Shown: positions 1 to 9,641 of the stretch, in pieces | Layout: the number at the start of each line of letters is the position of its first letter | Numbering within the stretch: the stretch's first letter is position 1 | From: an uncultured Bacilli bacterium | GTDB taxonomy: Bacteria; Bacillota_I; Bacilli_A; RF39; UBA660 | DNA length: 64,000 bases | Direction of reading: 5' to 3' | Assembly (NCBI GenBank): GCA_934149245.1 | Contig: CAKPER010000001.1 | Span: 35,236 to 99,235 of the forward strand | Translations under genes and position numbers: made by a program | Notes under the pieces: model-generated | The model's input: only the letters and a program-made list of their open reading frames with translations | What the model was told of the DNA's origin: nothing | Databases searched by the model: none

Positions 1-312
1 TCCCTCGTTTAGGATTTCTACTATTTTTTTAGTTCCCATATCTTCACTTAGATTGTAAGTAGAGGCTAATAACTTTTTTTTATTATTTAATCTGACGTAT
101 ATATTAAAAGCAAGTTTACTTCTTATCATATTATTATTATATAGGGTTTCTGCTATTGAGTTAATATTACCTCTTTTAATTGTTACTTGTCTAGGTATAC
201 TATCATCACTTACTTTTGATAGTCCTAAATTATAAAGGGAATATATAAAAATTGCTGTGCTGAGGGTTAGCGCAATTATTGCTAAATATATATTTCGATA
301 AATTTTCATCAT
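1..312 (-). CDS. mltG: Endolytic murein transglycosylase MltG/YceG-like, N-terminal part (gene continues past window start)
   Basis: Minus-strand ORF starts with ATGATG at 312-307 and translates MMKIYRNIYLAIIALTLSTAIFIYS... (N-terminal TM helix). Its position after ruvX and DUF1292 matches the Firmicutes yrrK-yrzB-yrrL(mltG) order. Confidence 0.55.
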   Translation of the reverse strand, partial: MMKIYRNIYLAIIALTLSTAIFIYSLYNLGLSKVSDDSIPRQVTIKRGNINSIAETLYNNNMIRSKLAFNIYVRLNNKKKLLASTYNLSEDMGTKKIVEILNEG

Positions 313-339
313 GAACACCAACTTTAGAATTTTTTTGTT

Positions 340-627
340 TTATTTTGACTCTTTGTTATTTTCTTCTTGAATTGTCTCAAGAATTGTTTCAATTATTTTC
401 CATTCTCTGTCTGTTTCTATAGGAGTTAGTTCTGTTTTTTCATCATTTGGATTAAAAATAGAGGCATATACTTTAGTATTTCCTTCATCATCTGTTGTAT
501 TGTCAGTGTATACTATATAGCTTTTTTTAGTTTCTTCTGAATCAAATGTAAATAATACTTCACATACTACTTCATTTCCTTCATCATCTAATACTGTAAA
601 ATTAGTTTTTTCTTTCATTTTATTCAC
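340..627 (-). CDS. DUF1292 / UPF0473 family small acidic protein (YrzB-like)
   Basis: 95 aa, acidic, motif SYIVYTDN; lies immediately upstream of ruvX as in the Bacillus yrzB-yrrK arrangement. Confidence 0.7.
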   Translation of the reverse strand: MNKMKEKTNFTVLDDEGNEVVCEVLFTFDSEETKKSYIVYTDNTTDDEGNTKVYASIFNPNDEKTELTPIETDREWKIIETILETIQEENNKESK

Positions 628-1039
628 CTTTCCTATCTAAATAGCCTTGTAATATTATTTCAGCGGCTATTCCATCAACTTTTTGTTTTCTTTTTTTTCT
701 TGATAAATCTGCTTCTATTAAAACATTATTTGATATTACGGATGTTAATCTCTCATCTTCCATGATAACTTCTATATTAAAGTTATTTTCTAGTTTTTCT
801 TTAAAAGCTAAAGTTATCATAGCTCTTTCTCCTACTGTATTATTCATATTTTTAGGATAGCCTAAAATTATTTTAGATACTTGATACTCTTTTATAATAT
901 CAGCTAATGGTGAGATTAATAAATCATAGTTCTCATCTTTAAATCTTATTGTTGTTAAAACATTAGCGATTGTCTTGGTGGGATCTGATATTGCTACTCC
1001 TAATGTTTTAGAACCTAAATCAAGGCCCATATATCTCAT
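620..1039 (-). CDS. ruvX: Putative pre-16S rRNA nuclease / Holliday junction resolvase-like RuvX (YqgF)
   Basis: 139 aa; N-terminal MRYMGLDLGSKTLGVAISD is the RNase H-like YqgF signature; size is typical. Confidence 0.9.
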   Translation of the reverse strand: MRYMGLDLGSKTLGVAISDPTKTIANVLTTIRFKDENYDLLISPLADIIKEYQVSKIILGYPKNMNNTVGERAMITLAFKEKLENNFNIEVIMEDERLTSVISNNVLIEADLSRKKRKQKVDGIAAEIILQGYLDRKGE

Positions 1040-1047
1040 ATTATCAC

Positions 1048-1641
1048 CTACTTAGAACTAGTATTATCTAGAAAATATTTATAAATTTGGTACCAACTAT
1101 ATACTCTATGAACATTTTTTTTATCGACATTCATATTATAAGGAGCATCAAAACATAAAACAGGAATATAGTCACTTATTTCTTCAACATTATTTTCTTT
1201 ATCTTCAATCATTATGTCTATATTATTTTTGATACATTTATCTTTTTTATTACCTGGTCCTGCTAATATTTCATCATATTCTATATTATTTTTCTTTAGC
1301 CACTCTTCTACATAAAAATTCATTGTATTAGCATACTGATTGGTTAAATATCTATTATCACGGGCTGATAATATTACAATTTCATGTCCCATATCTTTTA
1401 GAGTACTTATAACTTTAGCAGCATATGGTCTAGTTGGAATTGAAACCATCAAGTCAAAAATATATTCCTTCCAAAATTTATTATTTTCTTCATCAGTTAA
1501 AAAGAACTGTTTTTCTATCATATATTTATTAGGATTAAATCCTCTATCTATTTTATTATCTATACAAAATTTGAAGCCACATGAATAATGCCAACTTCCT
1601 ATGTCGTTTAAAACGCCATCTATATCTACACCTATTCTCAT
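1048..1641 (-). CDS. HAD-superfamily 5'(3')-deoxyribonucleotidase-like (NT5C family) hydrolase
   Basis: 197 aa; N-terminal GVDIDGVLND matches HAD motif I (DxDGVL). Size and layout fit NT5C-type nucleotidases. Confidence 0.55.
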   Translation of the reverse strand: MRIGVDIDGVLNDIGSWHYSCGFKFCIDNKIDRGFNPNKYMIEKQFFLTDEENNKFWKEYIFDLMVSIPTRPYAAKVISTLKDMGHEIVILSARDNRYLTNQYANTMNFYVEEWLKKNNIEYDEILAGPGNKKDKCIKNNIDIMIEDKENNVEEISDYIPVLCFDAPYNMNVDKKNVHRVYSWYQIYKYFLDNTSSK

Positions 1642-1756
1642 AAGACTCCTCCCTATTACTTGTTAATTGTAACATATTTTTATAAATTTTGACAATGTTT
1701 TTTTAGAAAGTTAATGTAATTTAACCTTTGGTTAAAAAGAAAAAACTAGCCTTTAA

Positions 1757-2737
1757 CTAGTTCTTTCTTGTTTTAGCTTTATATTTATTTTGATCAAGCT
1801 CTCCAGACATACAATTATCTTTAATAGTAATTTTGTAATAGCATAATTTCTTTATGGTATTTATAACATTTAAGATTGTTTCGTTTTGTTTTTTATTATA
1901 CTTTTGAGTTTTACTAGTGGATTCATCGCTAGAGGTATATTTTTGATTTAATTTTTCAAAATCATTATAATTTTCGTCTAAAATATTATTTTTTTTGCTT
2001 TCTATAACATAATTATAAGTTTTATTATTTAATCTATCAACATATTCTAGATATACATTGTCATCTTTCTTAGTATCTGAATCAACTACTAAATTCTTTT
2101 CTTTTTCTCCATCTAATTTACAATAGTCTAAGAATAGAGCAGCTATTGTATCTTCATATATGCTTTTTATTTTTTGAGTGCTATTATAAATATTTTCATT
2201 ACATATTTTAGCATCTGTATTTTTAAGTTTGTTTGCTAAAGATATAAATTTAGTTGTCTCTTCTGTTGGGATATTAGTATCTAACTTTCCATGTTCTATA
2301 TCATTTAGATAAATTTCAAATTGTTTTATATCATTTTTGATTTCTTCTGGTGAAATATTATCTTCATTTGTATCGCTTTGATTATTAGTTGCATAGCGTT
2401 CTAATTCTAAGGAATTAATACGTTCAGATATTTCAATATAATTCTTTATAATATCTAAGTATCTGATTTCTTCTTCAGTTAAGATTTCATCTAAGCAAGT
2501 GCTATTACTAACATTATTTATTATCTTTTTAAAACTATCATTATCAATTTGACTGACTGCTTTATTTTCTGATATTTGTTTTTTTACTTTTCTAGCTCCC
2601 CCAACGATACCAATAGCACCAAGACCTGCTAAGGCTATAATTATCATTCTTGTCTTTAGGTTCTTTATAGATAAACCTTTAGTTCTTTTTTTAGTTTTTT
2701 TATCTTTTTCTAATTTATATTTTTTATTCTTTTCCAT
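1757..2737 (-). CDS. Hypothetical membrane-anchored Lys/Asn-rich protein, probably co-transcribed with the adhesin
   Basis: 326 aa with a single N-terminal TM (IIIALAGLGAIGIVGG). Starts 22 bp after the adhesin stop. No recognisable catalytic motif; it is not a sortase (no TLxTC). Confidence 0.35.
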   Translation of the reverse strand: MEKNKKYKLEKDKKTKKRTKGLSIKNLKTRMIIIALAGLGAIGIVGGARKVKKQISENKAVSQIDNDSFKKIINNVSNSTCLDEILTEEEIRYLDIIKNYIEISERINSLELERYATNNQSDTNEDNISPEEIKNDIKQFEIYLNDIEHGKLDTNIPTEETTKFISLANKLKNTDAKICNENIYNSTQKIKSIYEDTIAALFLDYCKLDGEKEKNLVVDSDTKKDDNVYLEYVDRLNNKTYNYVIESKKNNILDENYNDFEKLNQKYTSSDESTSKTQKYNKKQNETILNVINTIKKLCYYKITIKDNCMSGELDQNKYKAKTRKN

Positions 2738-2759
2738 TTTTATTCTCCTTTAACTTATT

Positions 2760-5700
2760 TTAAATTATTGATTTTTTCTTTCTGATTATTGTAAATGCTC
2801 CTGCTCCTAGGGATAAACTACCGATTACACTTGGAATAGTACTTGCCCATGAGCCAGTATTTTCTACGGTTATTTCTTTACCTGGAGTACTTGGTGCATC
2901 TGGGGTATTAGGTTGTTCTGGAGTGTTTGGAGTCTCAGGTTTATTATACATTACTACTTTGGTTGTAGTTCCATCATCTTTTACAGTGAAAGTTATTGTT
3001 TCATTACTTAATACATAACCATTTGGGGCTACTACTTCATTTAAAGTATAAGTTCCTGGAGTTAAGTTTGTTATTATATGAGGAGTATCTCCTGATGTCC
3101 ACTCGTCTATGACGTTACCATTTTTATCTTTTACTACTAATTTAGCTCCTGGTAATTCTTTACTAGTTGTAACATCTTGTTTACTAATAGATACTTTTGT
3201 TGTTGTATTTGGAGTATTTTTCATAATAACTGTATTTAATTCTTTTCCTGCTTCATCTAATAATTTTCCATCACTTGATACAGTGAATTTTATTGTTTCA
3301 TTACTTAGAATATAGCCATTTGGAGCTTTTGTTTCAGATAAAGTATAACTTCCTTCTACTAGTTCTACATAGTGAGCATTTTTATCGGTAACCCAGCTAT
3401 CTACTACTTTACCATCTTTATCTTTAATTTCTAAACTGGCTCCAGCTAAATTTTCATTAGTTTTAGCATCTATTTTAACAATTGGATATTTCTTTTGCTC
3501 GGGAGTTGGTTTCTTTTCGTTATACATAACAACTTTATCAATAGCTTTATCATCTTTATTTAATAGAGTTCCTTTAGAATCTATTTTGAATGTTATAGTT
3601 TCTTTGGATAATACATAACCATCTGGAGCTATTGTTTCAGTTAGAGTGTAAGTTCCTTCTGGTAGGTCTTTAATAACATGAGCTTCATTTGTAGATACCC
3701 ATGTATCTATAATTTTACCAGTATTGTCTTTTACTTGCAATGTTGCTCCTGGTAATTCTTTACTAGTTGTAATATCTTGCTTACTAATAGTTACATTAGT
3801 TTTTGGTATTGGTTTATTAAACATTACTACTTCTTTTAGAGTATTACCATTACTATCAGTAATTTTACCTGTTTTATCTACAGTAAATTTAATTGAATCA
3901 GTATTTAGAACATAGCCATTTGGAGCTGATACTTCGCTTAAAATATAATTTCCAGCTTCTATATTTTTAATTATATGTTCTTCTGTAGTTGAGGTCCATT
4001 CATCTATAACTACGCCTTTTTCATTTGCTAATTTTAGCTTTGCACCTGATAATTCTTTGTTAGTAGTTATATCTTTTTTACTAATTTTAATATTTTTTTC
4101 TTCATTAGGTTTATTATACATAATTACTTTATCAATAGATTTTCCAGCTTCATCTGTTAATTTACCATCTTTATCTACAGTAAATTTAATAGTCTCTTTT
4201 GATAATATATAACCATCTGGAGCTACTGTTTCAGTTAAGGTATAAGTTCCTGCTTCAATATTTTTTATAATATGAGGCTCGTTTGTAGATATCCATGTAT
4301 CTATAATTTTGTTATCTTTATCTACTACTTTTAGAGAAGCCCCAGGAAGTTCTTTTTTAGTTGTAATATCTTGTTTGCTAATTGTAATATTTTTCTCTTC
4401 ACTAGGTTTATTATACATAACTACTTTATCAATAGATTTTCCAGATTCATCTGTTAATTTACCATCTTTATCTACAGTAAATTTAATAGTTTCTTTTGAT
4501 AATATATAACCATTTGGAGCTACTGTTTCAGTTAGAGTATAAGTTCCAGCTTCAATATATTTTATAATATGAGGCTCGTTTGTAGATACCCATGTATCTA
4601 TAACTTTATTATTCTTATCTTTTACTTGTAATGTTGCACCTGGTAATTCTTTCTTTGTAGTTATATCTTGTTTGCTAATTTCAATATTTCTTTCTTTTTC
4701 TGGAGTGTTATACATAACTACTTTGTCAATAGTTTTACCATTTTTATCAGTTAGTTTGCCATTTTTATCTATTGTGAAACTTATAGTTTCTTTAGATAAT
4801 ACATATCCTTTTGGTGAGATTGTTTCACTTAAAGTATAAGTTCCTGTAGCTAATCCTCTTATTAAATGTTCTTTATCTGTAGATGTCCATTTATCTATAA
4901 CTTTACCATTTTTATCTTTAAGTTCTAGACTTGCTCCTGGTAATTCTTTATTTGTTGTTATATCTTGTTTACTAATTTTAACACTATTTTTAGTGTTTTT
5001 TAATTCTAATTTTGTTACATTAGTACCACTAGTATTTTTTGTATTACCACTAGCATCTACTGTAAATTTAATAGTTTCTTTAGATAAGATGTAGCCATCT
5101 GGTGCTGATACTTCACTTAAAGTATAAGTACCTTGTGCTAAACTTTTTACAGTATGTTCACTTCCATCTGTAGTCCATCTATCTACTTCTTTATTGTTTG
5201 AATCTGTAATTTTTAAGACAGCACCTTTAACAGCAGTCTTAGTGTCGGCATCAATTTTTACTACTTTTGGTGATTTTACGTTAGTTATGGTAATAGAGCT
5301 TACTTTTTGGCCAGATACTTTTATGTTGCCATCGTTATCTATTACAAAAGTTATTTTATTTTTGTTTAAATTATAGCCATTTGGTGCTGATGCTTCTCCT
5401 ACAGTATAAGTACCTGGATTAAGGTTTTTAATAACGTGAGTTGAACCATTAGATGTCCATCTATCTATTACTTTACCACTAGAGTTTTTAGCTTCTATTA
5501 CAGCACCTTTTAAACTAGATTTAGTATTAAAATCAGTCTTATTTACTGGCACATTAACACTAACTTTTTTATTTATTATTAATTTTGCAGTATCTTCAGC
5601 ATTTTTTACAATCTTATAAGTAACAGCCATCTTTTGATATCTACTATTACTTGGATTATAATTTTGTGATTTAATTATTTCTTTAGAGTTACTTACTTTT

Positions 5701-6410
5701 ACTTTTAAAGTTGTCTTTCCAGGTTTAATTTTAGAATCTGGAACATATACATAAATATATTTTCCACTAACTTTATAAGTTGAACCTTTTGGAGCTCCTA
5801 CTAGAGATACTTTAAATTTTTTCTCTGAGCTTGTTACTTTTATTTTTTTAGAAACATAATTATTTCCACTTTTGCTCATTTCACTTTTATCTGGACTTAA
5901 TTTTATACTTGGTCCACTAAAATTAGGCTTTGAAGCTTTCTTAGCATTAGCAACTAAAGTTCTAATTTTTTTAGCAGTTGCAGAATTACTGCTATAAACT
6001 TTGTTTCTGAATTTAGATACAGAATAAGATTTGTTCATTATTCCTTTATCTGACATATAAATCCATAAAGCAGTTTGATATATAAAGAAATCATTATTAT
6101 TTCTTACGTTTTTATAAGCTTGTTTTAAGATATAGTGCTTACCAGCATCATCAACAATATCTGCTTTCGTATATTTAATACCTGTTGATGGTGTTTTTTT
6201 AGCATATGTTATACAATATGCAAATTTTCCACCAGTAGTCTTTTTTACATGAAATGTTTGTGGATAAGACATAGGTGGATTATGATAGCTTGTACTTTTT
6301 ATTGTAACGCTGCTTGCAATGTTTTCAGCATTAACGATAGTTGTTCCGAAAACAATTGTTGCAATTATAGTAAGAATAAAACTTACTAGTAATTTAAAAT
6401 TCTTTTTCAT
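2760..6410 (-). CDS. Surface adhesin: signal peptide + thioester (TQXA/TED) domain + about 9 CnaB-type repeats + C-terminal membrane/wall anchor
   Basis: 1216 aa. Signal peptide MKKNFKLLVSFILTIIATIVFGTTIVNA. The N-terminal domain carries a Cys (KFAYCITYAK) and the QxA(L)W motif (IYQTALWIY) typical of thioester adhesin domains. Nine ~93-aa repeats follow, of the form SKQDITTxKELPGAxLxVKDKNGKVIDxWxST..H.I..L..GTYTL.E..AP.GY.LS.ETI.FTV...G...VVMYNKP (Lys...Glu...Asn, CnaB/isopeptide-like). The C-terminus is ...TPGKEITVENTGSWASTIPSVIGSLSLGAGAFTIIRKKKSII: a hydrophobic span plus a basic tail. Confidence 0.8.
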   Translation of the reverse strand: MKKNFKLLVSFILTIIATIVFGTTIVNAENIASSVTIKSTSYHNPPMSYPQTFHVKKTTGGKFAYCITYAKKTPSTGIKYTKADIVDDAGKHYILKQAYKNVRNNNDFFIYQTALWIYMSDKGIMNKSYSVSKFRNKVYSSNSATAKKIRTLVANAKKASKPNFSGPSIKLSPDKSEMSKSGNNYVSKKIKVTSSEKKFKVSLVGAPKGSTYKVSGKYIYVYVPDSKIKPGKTTLKVKVSNSKEIIKSQNYNPSNSRYQKMAVTYKIVKNAEDTAKLIINKKVSVNVPVNKTDFNTKSSLKGAVIEAKNSSGKVIDRWTSNGSTHVIKNLNPGTYTVGEASAPNGYNLNKNKITFVIDNDGNIKVSGQKVSSITITNVKSPKVVKIDADTKTAVKGAVLKITDSNNKEVDRWTTDGSEHTVKSLAQGTYTLSEVSAPDGYILSKETIKFTVDASGNTKNTSGTNVTKLELKNTKNSVKISKQDITTNKELPGASLELKDKNGKVIDKWTSTDKEHLIRGLATGTYTLSETISPKGYVLSKETISFTIDKNGKLTDKNGKTIDKVVMYNTPEKERNIEISKQDITTKKELPGATLQVKDKNNKVIDTWVSTNEPHIIKYIEAGTYTLTETVAPNGYILSKETIKFTVDKDGKLTDESGKSIDKVVMYNKPSEEKNITISKQDITTKKELPGASLKVVDKDNKIIDTWISTNEPHIIKNIEAGTYTLTETVAPDGYILSKETIKFTVDKDGKLTDEAGKSIDKVIMYNKPNEEKNIKISKKDITTNKELSGAKLKLANEKGVVIDEWTSTTEEHIIKNIEAGNYILSEVSAPNGYVLNTDSIKFTVDKTGKITDSNGNTLKEVVMFNKPIPKTNVTISKQDITTSKELPGATLQVKDNTGKIIDTWVSTNEAHVIKDLPEGTYTLTETIAPDGYVLSKETITFKIDSKGTLLNKDDKAIDKVVMYNEKKPTPEQKKYPIVKIDAKTNENLAGASLEIKDKDGKVVDSWVTDKNAHYVELVEGSYTLSETKAPNGYILSNETIKFTVSSDGKLLDEAGKELNTVIMKNTPNTTTKVSISKQDVTTSKELPGAKLVVKDKNGNVIDEWTSGDTPHIITNLTPGTYTLNEVVAPNGYVLSNETITFTVKDDGTTTKVVMYNKPETPNTPEQPNTPDAPSTPGKEITVENTGSWASTIPSVIGSLSLGAGAFTIIRKKKSII
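2960..5540 (-). repeat. Tandem ~280-bp coding repeats (CnaB-like modules of the adhesin), highly similar at the DNA level
   Basis: Near-identical DNA blocks recur, e.g. 4100-4400 vs 4390-4680. The plus-strand mini-ORFs 3109..3315, 3724..3915 and 4309..4509 all read APGNSLLVV.SCLLI because of this periodicity. Confidence 0.8.
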
Positions 6411-6526
6411 CCCAATTCCTCCCTTAAATTAGCTCCATATTCTATCACTCTTTGTTAACTCTGTCAAGAACTTTTTAAGAATTTATTAGTATTTAAATGA
6501 AGTTATTTTTGGGATAAAATATGGGA

Positions 6527-6562
6527 TAATAAAAAGAACTAGCTGATAAATTGTTAGTTCTT
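6527..6562 (-). terminator. Rho-independent terminator downstream of the AddB-like gene
   Basis: Stem AAGAACTA (6534-6541) / TAGTTCTT (6555-6562) with a 13-nt loop. On the minus strand a T-run (complement of the A-run 6527-6533) follows. Confidence 0.5.
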
Positions 6563-6638
6563 GGAAAAATAAATTACATCTACTTTAAAACTAATAAAAT
6601 TAAGGTAAGAGAAGCTATTATTTTAAATTAAATGAATA

Positions 6639-9023
6639 TTATTCTTCTTTTAAAAATTCCATCTTTTTATATTCTTTTAAGTTAATTATATCTTTCTCAC
6701 TCATAAAACAAATATCTTTGTAAGTACAAAATTGACACCCAATATTATTCATACCTATTCTTTTAGGATTTATAGTAAAATTAGCATTAGTAATCTCGTG
6801 AATAGCATTATCTATTTTAGATTCCGTTATTTGATATAGTTTATCTATTTCATCATCACTTAAGACTTTTTTTGTTCTAAGTCCATTAGAGGTTGTACTC
6901 ATTCCTTTTATTACTTTACTATTTTGATAGTTAGAATCTAGCATTTCTATTAAGCTCTCATCTATATTAGTATAGCCTTGAAGTTTTAAATTATCTTGCT
7001 TTTGTTTTAGATAATCACTTTTGGGATCAGATGAGGGAATAGGATTTATAATTTTTTGAAGATAGAAACCTACTATTCTAATACTTGGAAACTTATTTTT
7101 AAGAAGATAGATATATGTTGGCAATTGTAAATCTAGGCCATGAATAGTATTATTTAAATTAAACTGTGTACTGCCTGTTTTATAATCGATAATAGCAGCC
7201 ATTTGTTCATCGTTATCTAGCATTATTTTATCAATAAATCCTTTAAATACAATTTTCATATCATTAATACTTTTATCTATTTCTACTCTACTTTCATATA
7301 AACTTTTATTTAGACTAGAATAGCTATATTGTTCTTTAATGGTCTCTATAATGAATTTTAGTTCTTCTTTTAAGTTATTTAAGAAAAATAATTCTTTAGC
7401 ATTAAATTTATATTCTTGTTTATCGATGTATCTTTGATAAGTAGTATCAATATCTATATCTTTATCAAAACAAATAGATAATATGTAGTGAAAAAGATTA
7501 CCTAATATAGTCATAAATGTTTCTTCATAAATATTTATATTTAAGATATTAGATAAATAGTATTTAAAACTACAATGATAATAATTATTAATAGCACTAT
7601 AAGATAAGTTAAGGTTATTCTTTAAATATCGTTTTAAAGTTCTAGGATCTATTTTAGTATACTTATTATTATAAGTCATATATTCTATATCTTTATAATT
7701 ATTAAAGAGAACTTCTAATTCTTTAGAGTAAGTATTATATTTTATTAAATTATCAATTTTATCAGTTAATTCTATTTTATTATAAATGTTAGAATAGTTG
7801 TATTCTTTTTGAGGAATCTCTTGCTCTAGTTTTAAGATATCGTTTAGACTAGATAAGTAATAGTCCCCTGTTAAACTATGGGTTTTATAAGTTATAATTA
7901 GATTTTTAGTGTGCTTTATATCATCAAGCCATTTAGCATGATTTTGATTATTTATATCATTAGAGGTATCTAAATTTAATTTGCTTTTTAAAGAATCACT
8001 AAGATAATCTTCATCTTTTATTGTTTGAGGAATTTGACCTTGATTAAAATTCATAAGAAATACATAATCGCTCTGAGATGCATCACTTAAATTATCTAAT
8101 ATTTCTACTTTAGAAGATAAGTTTTCTTTATTAATTATTTGATTTTTGAAGTCATTTATTAATAATGGTTTTATTTCTAGGTAACTATTGCACCAAGTAT
8201 ATTTATTTAAGATATTAATAATTTTATTGTATATGTCTAGGATATGCTCATCTTCTAAATTATAATTTTCTTCTATAAATGATAAGGTACTAGTTATATC
8301 ATCATCTAAGTGAGATAAGAAGTCTTTAGCAATTTTTGTTGCATAAAGTTTACTTGTATTAAAGGTAATAGGAATATTAAACATTTTAAATATTCTAGAT
8401 ATTGCTATATTATATTCACTATTTATGCCACATATTTTTATGTTATTTATATCTATACCATCAATTACTAATTTACAAATAGATGTTGCAACAAAGACAA
8501 TTTCATCTTCTAGAGAGTTTAGTTTATAAATTTTATTATGGTGGTATTCTTCTTTGGTGTTACTATACATTAAAATATTAGCTTTTGTTTCTTTTTTTAT
8601 TTCTTCTATTAGATTTTGATAAAACTTAGAAAGATATTTATTATTATAGATAATTATATTTTTATGTTGAAGAAAATCTTTAAAAAGTGGTGTATAGTAA
8701 AGTAATTTAGCACTATCTAACTCTTTTTTTAGTTTTTTTAGATGTATAATTTTAGGATCATTTATATCACTAGCAAAATATAAGTAATATAAATTATTTA
8801 AATACTTATTAGCTACATCATAGGTAAAATCATATTTTTTCATTAAATAAAGATGAGCTTTTTCATCATACTTAAAATAAAAATTTTCTTTTAAATCATT
8901 TAGAGTCATAAATTTTATATTTAGTAAACTTTTGCTACTACACTCTTCAATTACTTTTACTTTTTGTTTTTGGCTTGGATTTAATATTAATATGTCATTA
9001 TCTTTTAGTTTATCTATAATCAT
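6639..9023 (-). CDS. AddB/RexB-like PD-(D/E)XK nuclease with Cas4/AddB-type Fe-S Cys cluster (shortened; no addA neighbour)
   Basis: 794 aa. C-terminal domain has YYHCSFKYYL (first Cys), GFIDKIM (motif II Asp), IIDYKTGS (motif III D-x-K) and terminal CQFCTYKDIC (Cx2Cx5C): the iron-staple nuclease layout of AddB/Cas4. No Walker A in the N-terminal 500 aa. Confidence 0.5.
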   Translation of the reverse strand: MIIDKLKDNDILILNPSQKQKVKVIEECSSKSLLNIKFMTLNDLKENFYFKYDEKAHLYLMKKYDFTYDVANKYLNNLYYLYFASDINDPKIIHLKKLKKELDSAKLLYYTPLFKDFLQHKNIIIYNNKYLSKFYQNLIEEIKKETKANILMYSNTKEEYHHNKIYKLNSLEDEIVFVATSICKLVIDGIDINNIKICGINSEYNIAISRIFKMFNIPITFNTSKLYATKIAKDFLSHLDDDITSTLSFIEENYNLEDEHILDIYNKIINILNKYTWCNSYLEIKPLLINDFKNQIINKENLSSKVEILDNLSDASQSDYVFLMNFNQGQIPQTIKDEDYLSDSLKSKLNLDTSNDINNQNHAKWLDDIKHTKNLIITYKTHSLTGDYYLSSLNDILKLEQEIPQKEYNYSNIYNKIELTDKIDNLIKYNTYSKELEVLFNNYKDIEYMTYNNKYTKIDPRTLKRYLKNNLNLSYSAINNYYHCSFKYYLSNILNINIYEETFMTILGNLFHYILSICFDKDIDIDTTYQRYIDKQEYKFNAKELFFLNNLKEELKFIIETIKEQYSYSSLNKSLYESRVEIDKSINDMKIVFKGFIDKIMLDNDEQMAAIIDYKTGSTQFNLNNTIHGLDLQLPTYIYLLKNKFPSIRIVGFYLQKIINPIPSSDPKSDYLKQKQDNLKLQGYTNIDESLIEMLDSNYQNSKVIKGMSTTSNGLRTKKVLSDDEIDKLYQITESKIDNAIHEITNANFTINPKRIGMNNIGCQFCTYKDICFMSEKDIINLKEYKKMEFLKEE

Positions 9024-9047
9024 TATACATCCTACTCTCTTTAATAG

Positions 9048-9641
9048 TTATTTTGTTATTAAATTTTTTACTTCTTCAAATAGCTTATTATTAGCTTCTT
9101 CTAATGTCATATTTTCTACTTTAAAAGGTTTTCCATACTTTATAGTTAAGTTTTTACTTTTAAATTTATAATCTCCTGTTATACCAAATGGTACTATAGT
9201 GGCATTTGTTTTAGAAGCCATAGATACTGCTCCAAATTTAAAGGGAAGTAATAATTTATCTTTAGTTTTGTTTCTAGTTCCCTCGGGGAATAGTCCTATA
9301 GCACCACCACTTTTTAGAATATCTAGGGCTTGTTTAGTTGCTTCTTTATCGTGAATGCTTCTGTTTACTGAAATACAACCAACAAACTTGAAAAACCAAG
9401 CTAATTTAGAATCAAAATATTCTTTTTTAGCCATATAATGAATAGTTCTTTTAGTAGCCATAATTGTTAAGCATTGATCGTAGATGTGTTTGTGGTTACC
9501 TACTATTAAAATTGGACCATCTTTAGGAATTACCTCTTTATTAATTATAGTTGGATTATAATATAATCTAAACAATACTCTCATAAGAGGAGTTAATAAT
9601 CTATAACCAAATTCACCTTTAAATCTAGTTTTCTTTTTCAT
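9048..9641 (-). CDS. PlsC-like lysophospholipid acyltransferase (1-acyl-sn-glycerol-3-phosphate acyltransferase family)
   Basis: 197 aa; HxxxxD motif GNHKHIYDQ and FPEGTR motif (LFPEGTRNK). Size matches Bacillus PlsC. Confidence 0.75.
   Translation of the reverse strand: MKKKTRFKGEFGYRLLTPLMRVLFRLYYNPTIINKEVIPKDGPILIVGNHKHIYDQCLTIMATKRTIHYMAKKEYFDSKLAWFFKFVGCISVNRSIHDKEATKQALDILKSGGAIGLFPEGTRNKTKDKLLLPFKFGAVSMASKTNATIVPFGITGDYKFKSKNLTIKYGKPFKVENMTLEEANNKLFEEVKNLITK

Noticed and set aside
2760-2900. VENTG as a bona fide sortase sorting signal
   Set aside because: It does not match LPxTG, (S/P)PxTG or NPQTN. I report it only as non-canonical and possibly a plain C-terminal membrane anchor.
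3109-5376. Plus-strand ORFs 3109..3315, 3724..3915, 4309..4509, 5194..5376 with recurring APGNSLLVV.SCLLI peptides
   Set aside because: They are antisense to the adhesin gene and simply mirror its tandem DNA repeats. They have no RBS or independent support.
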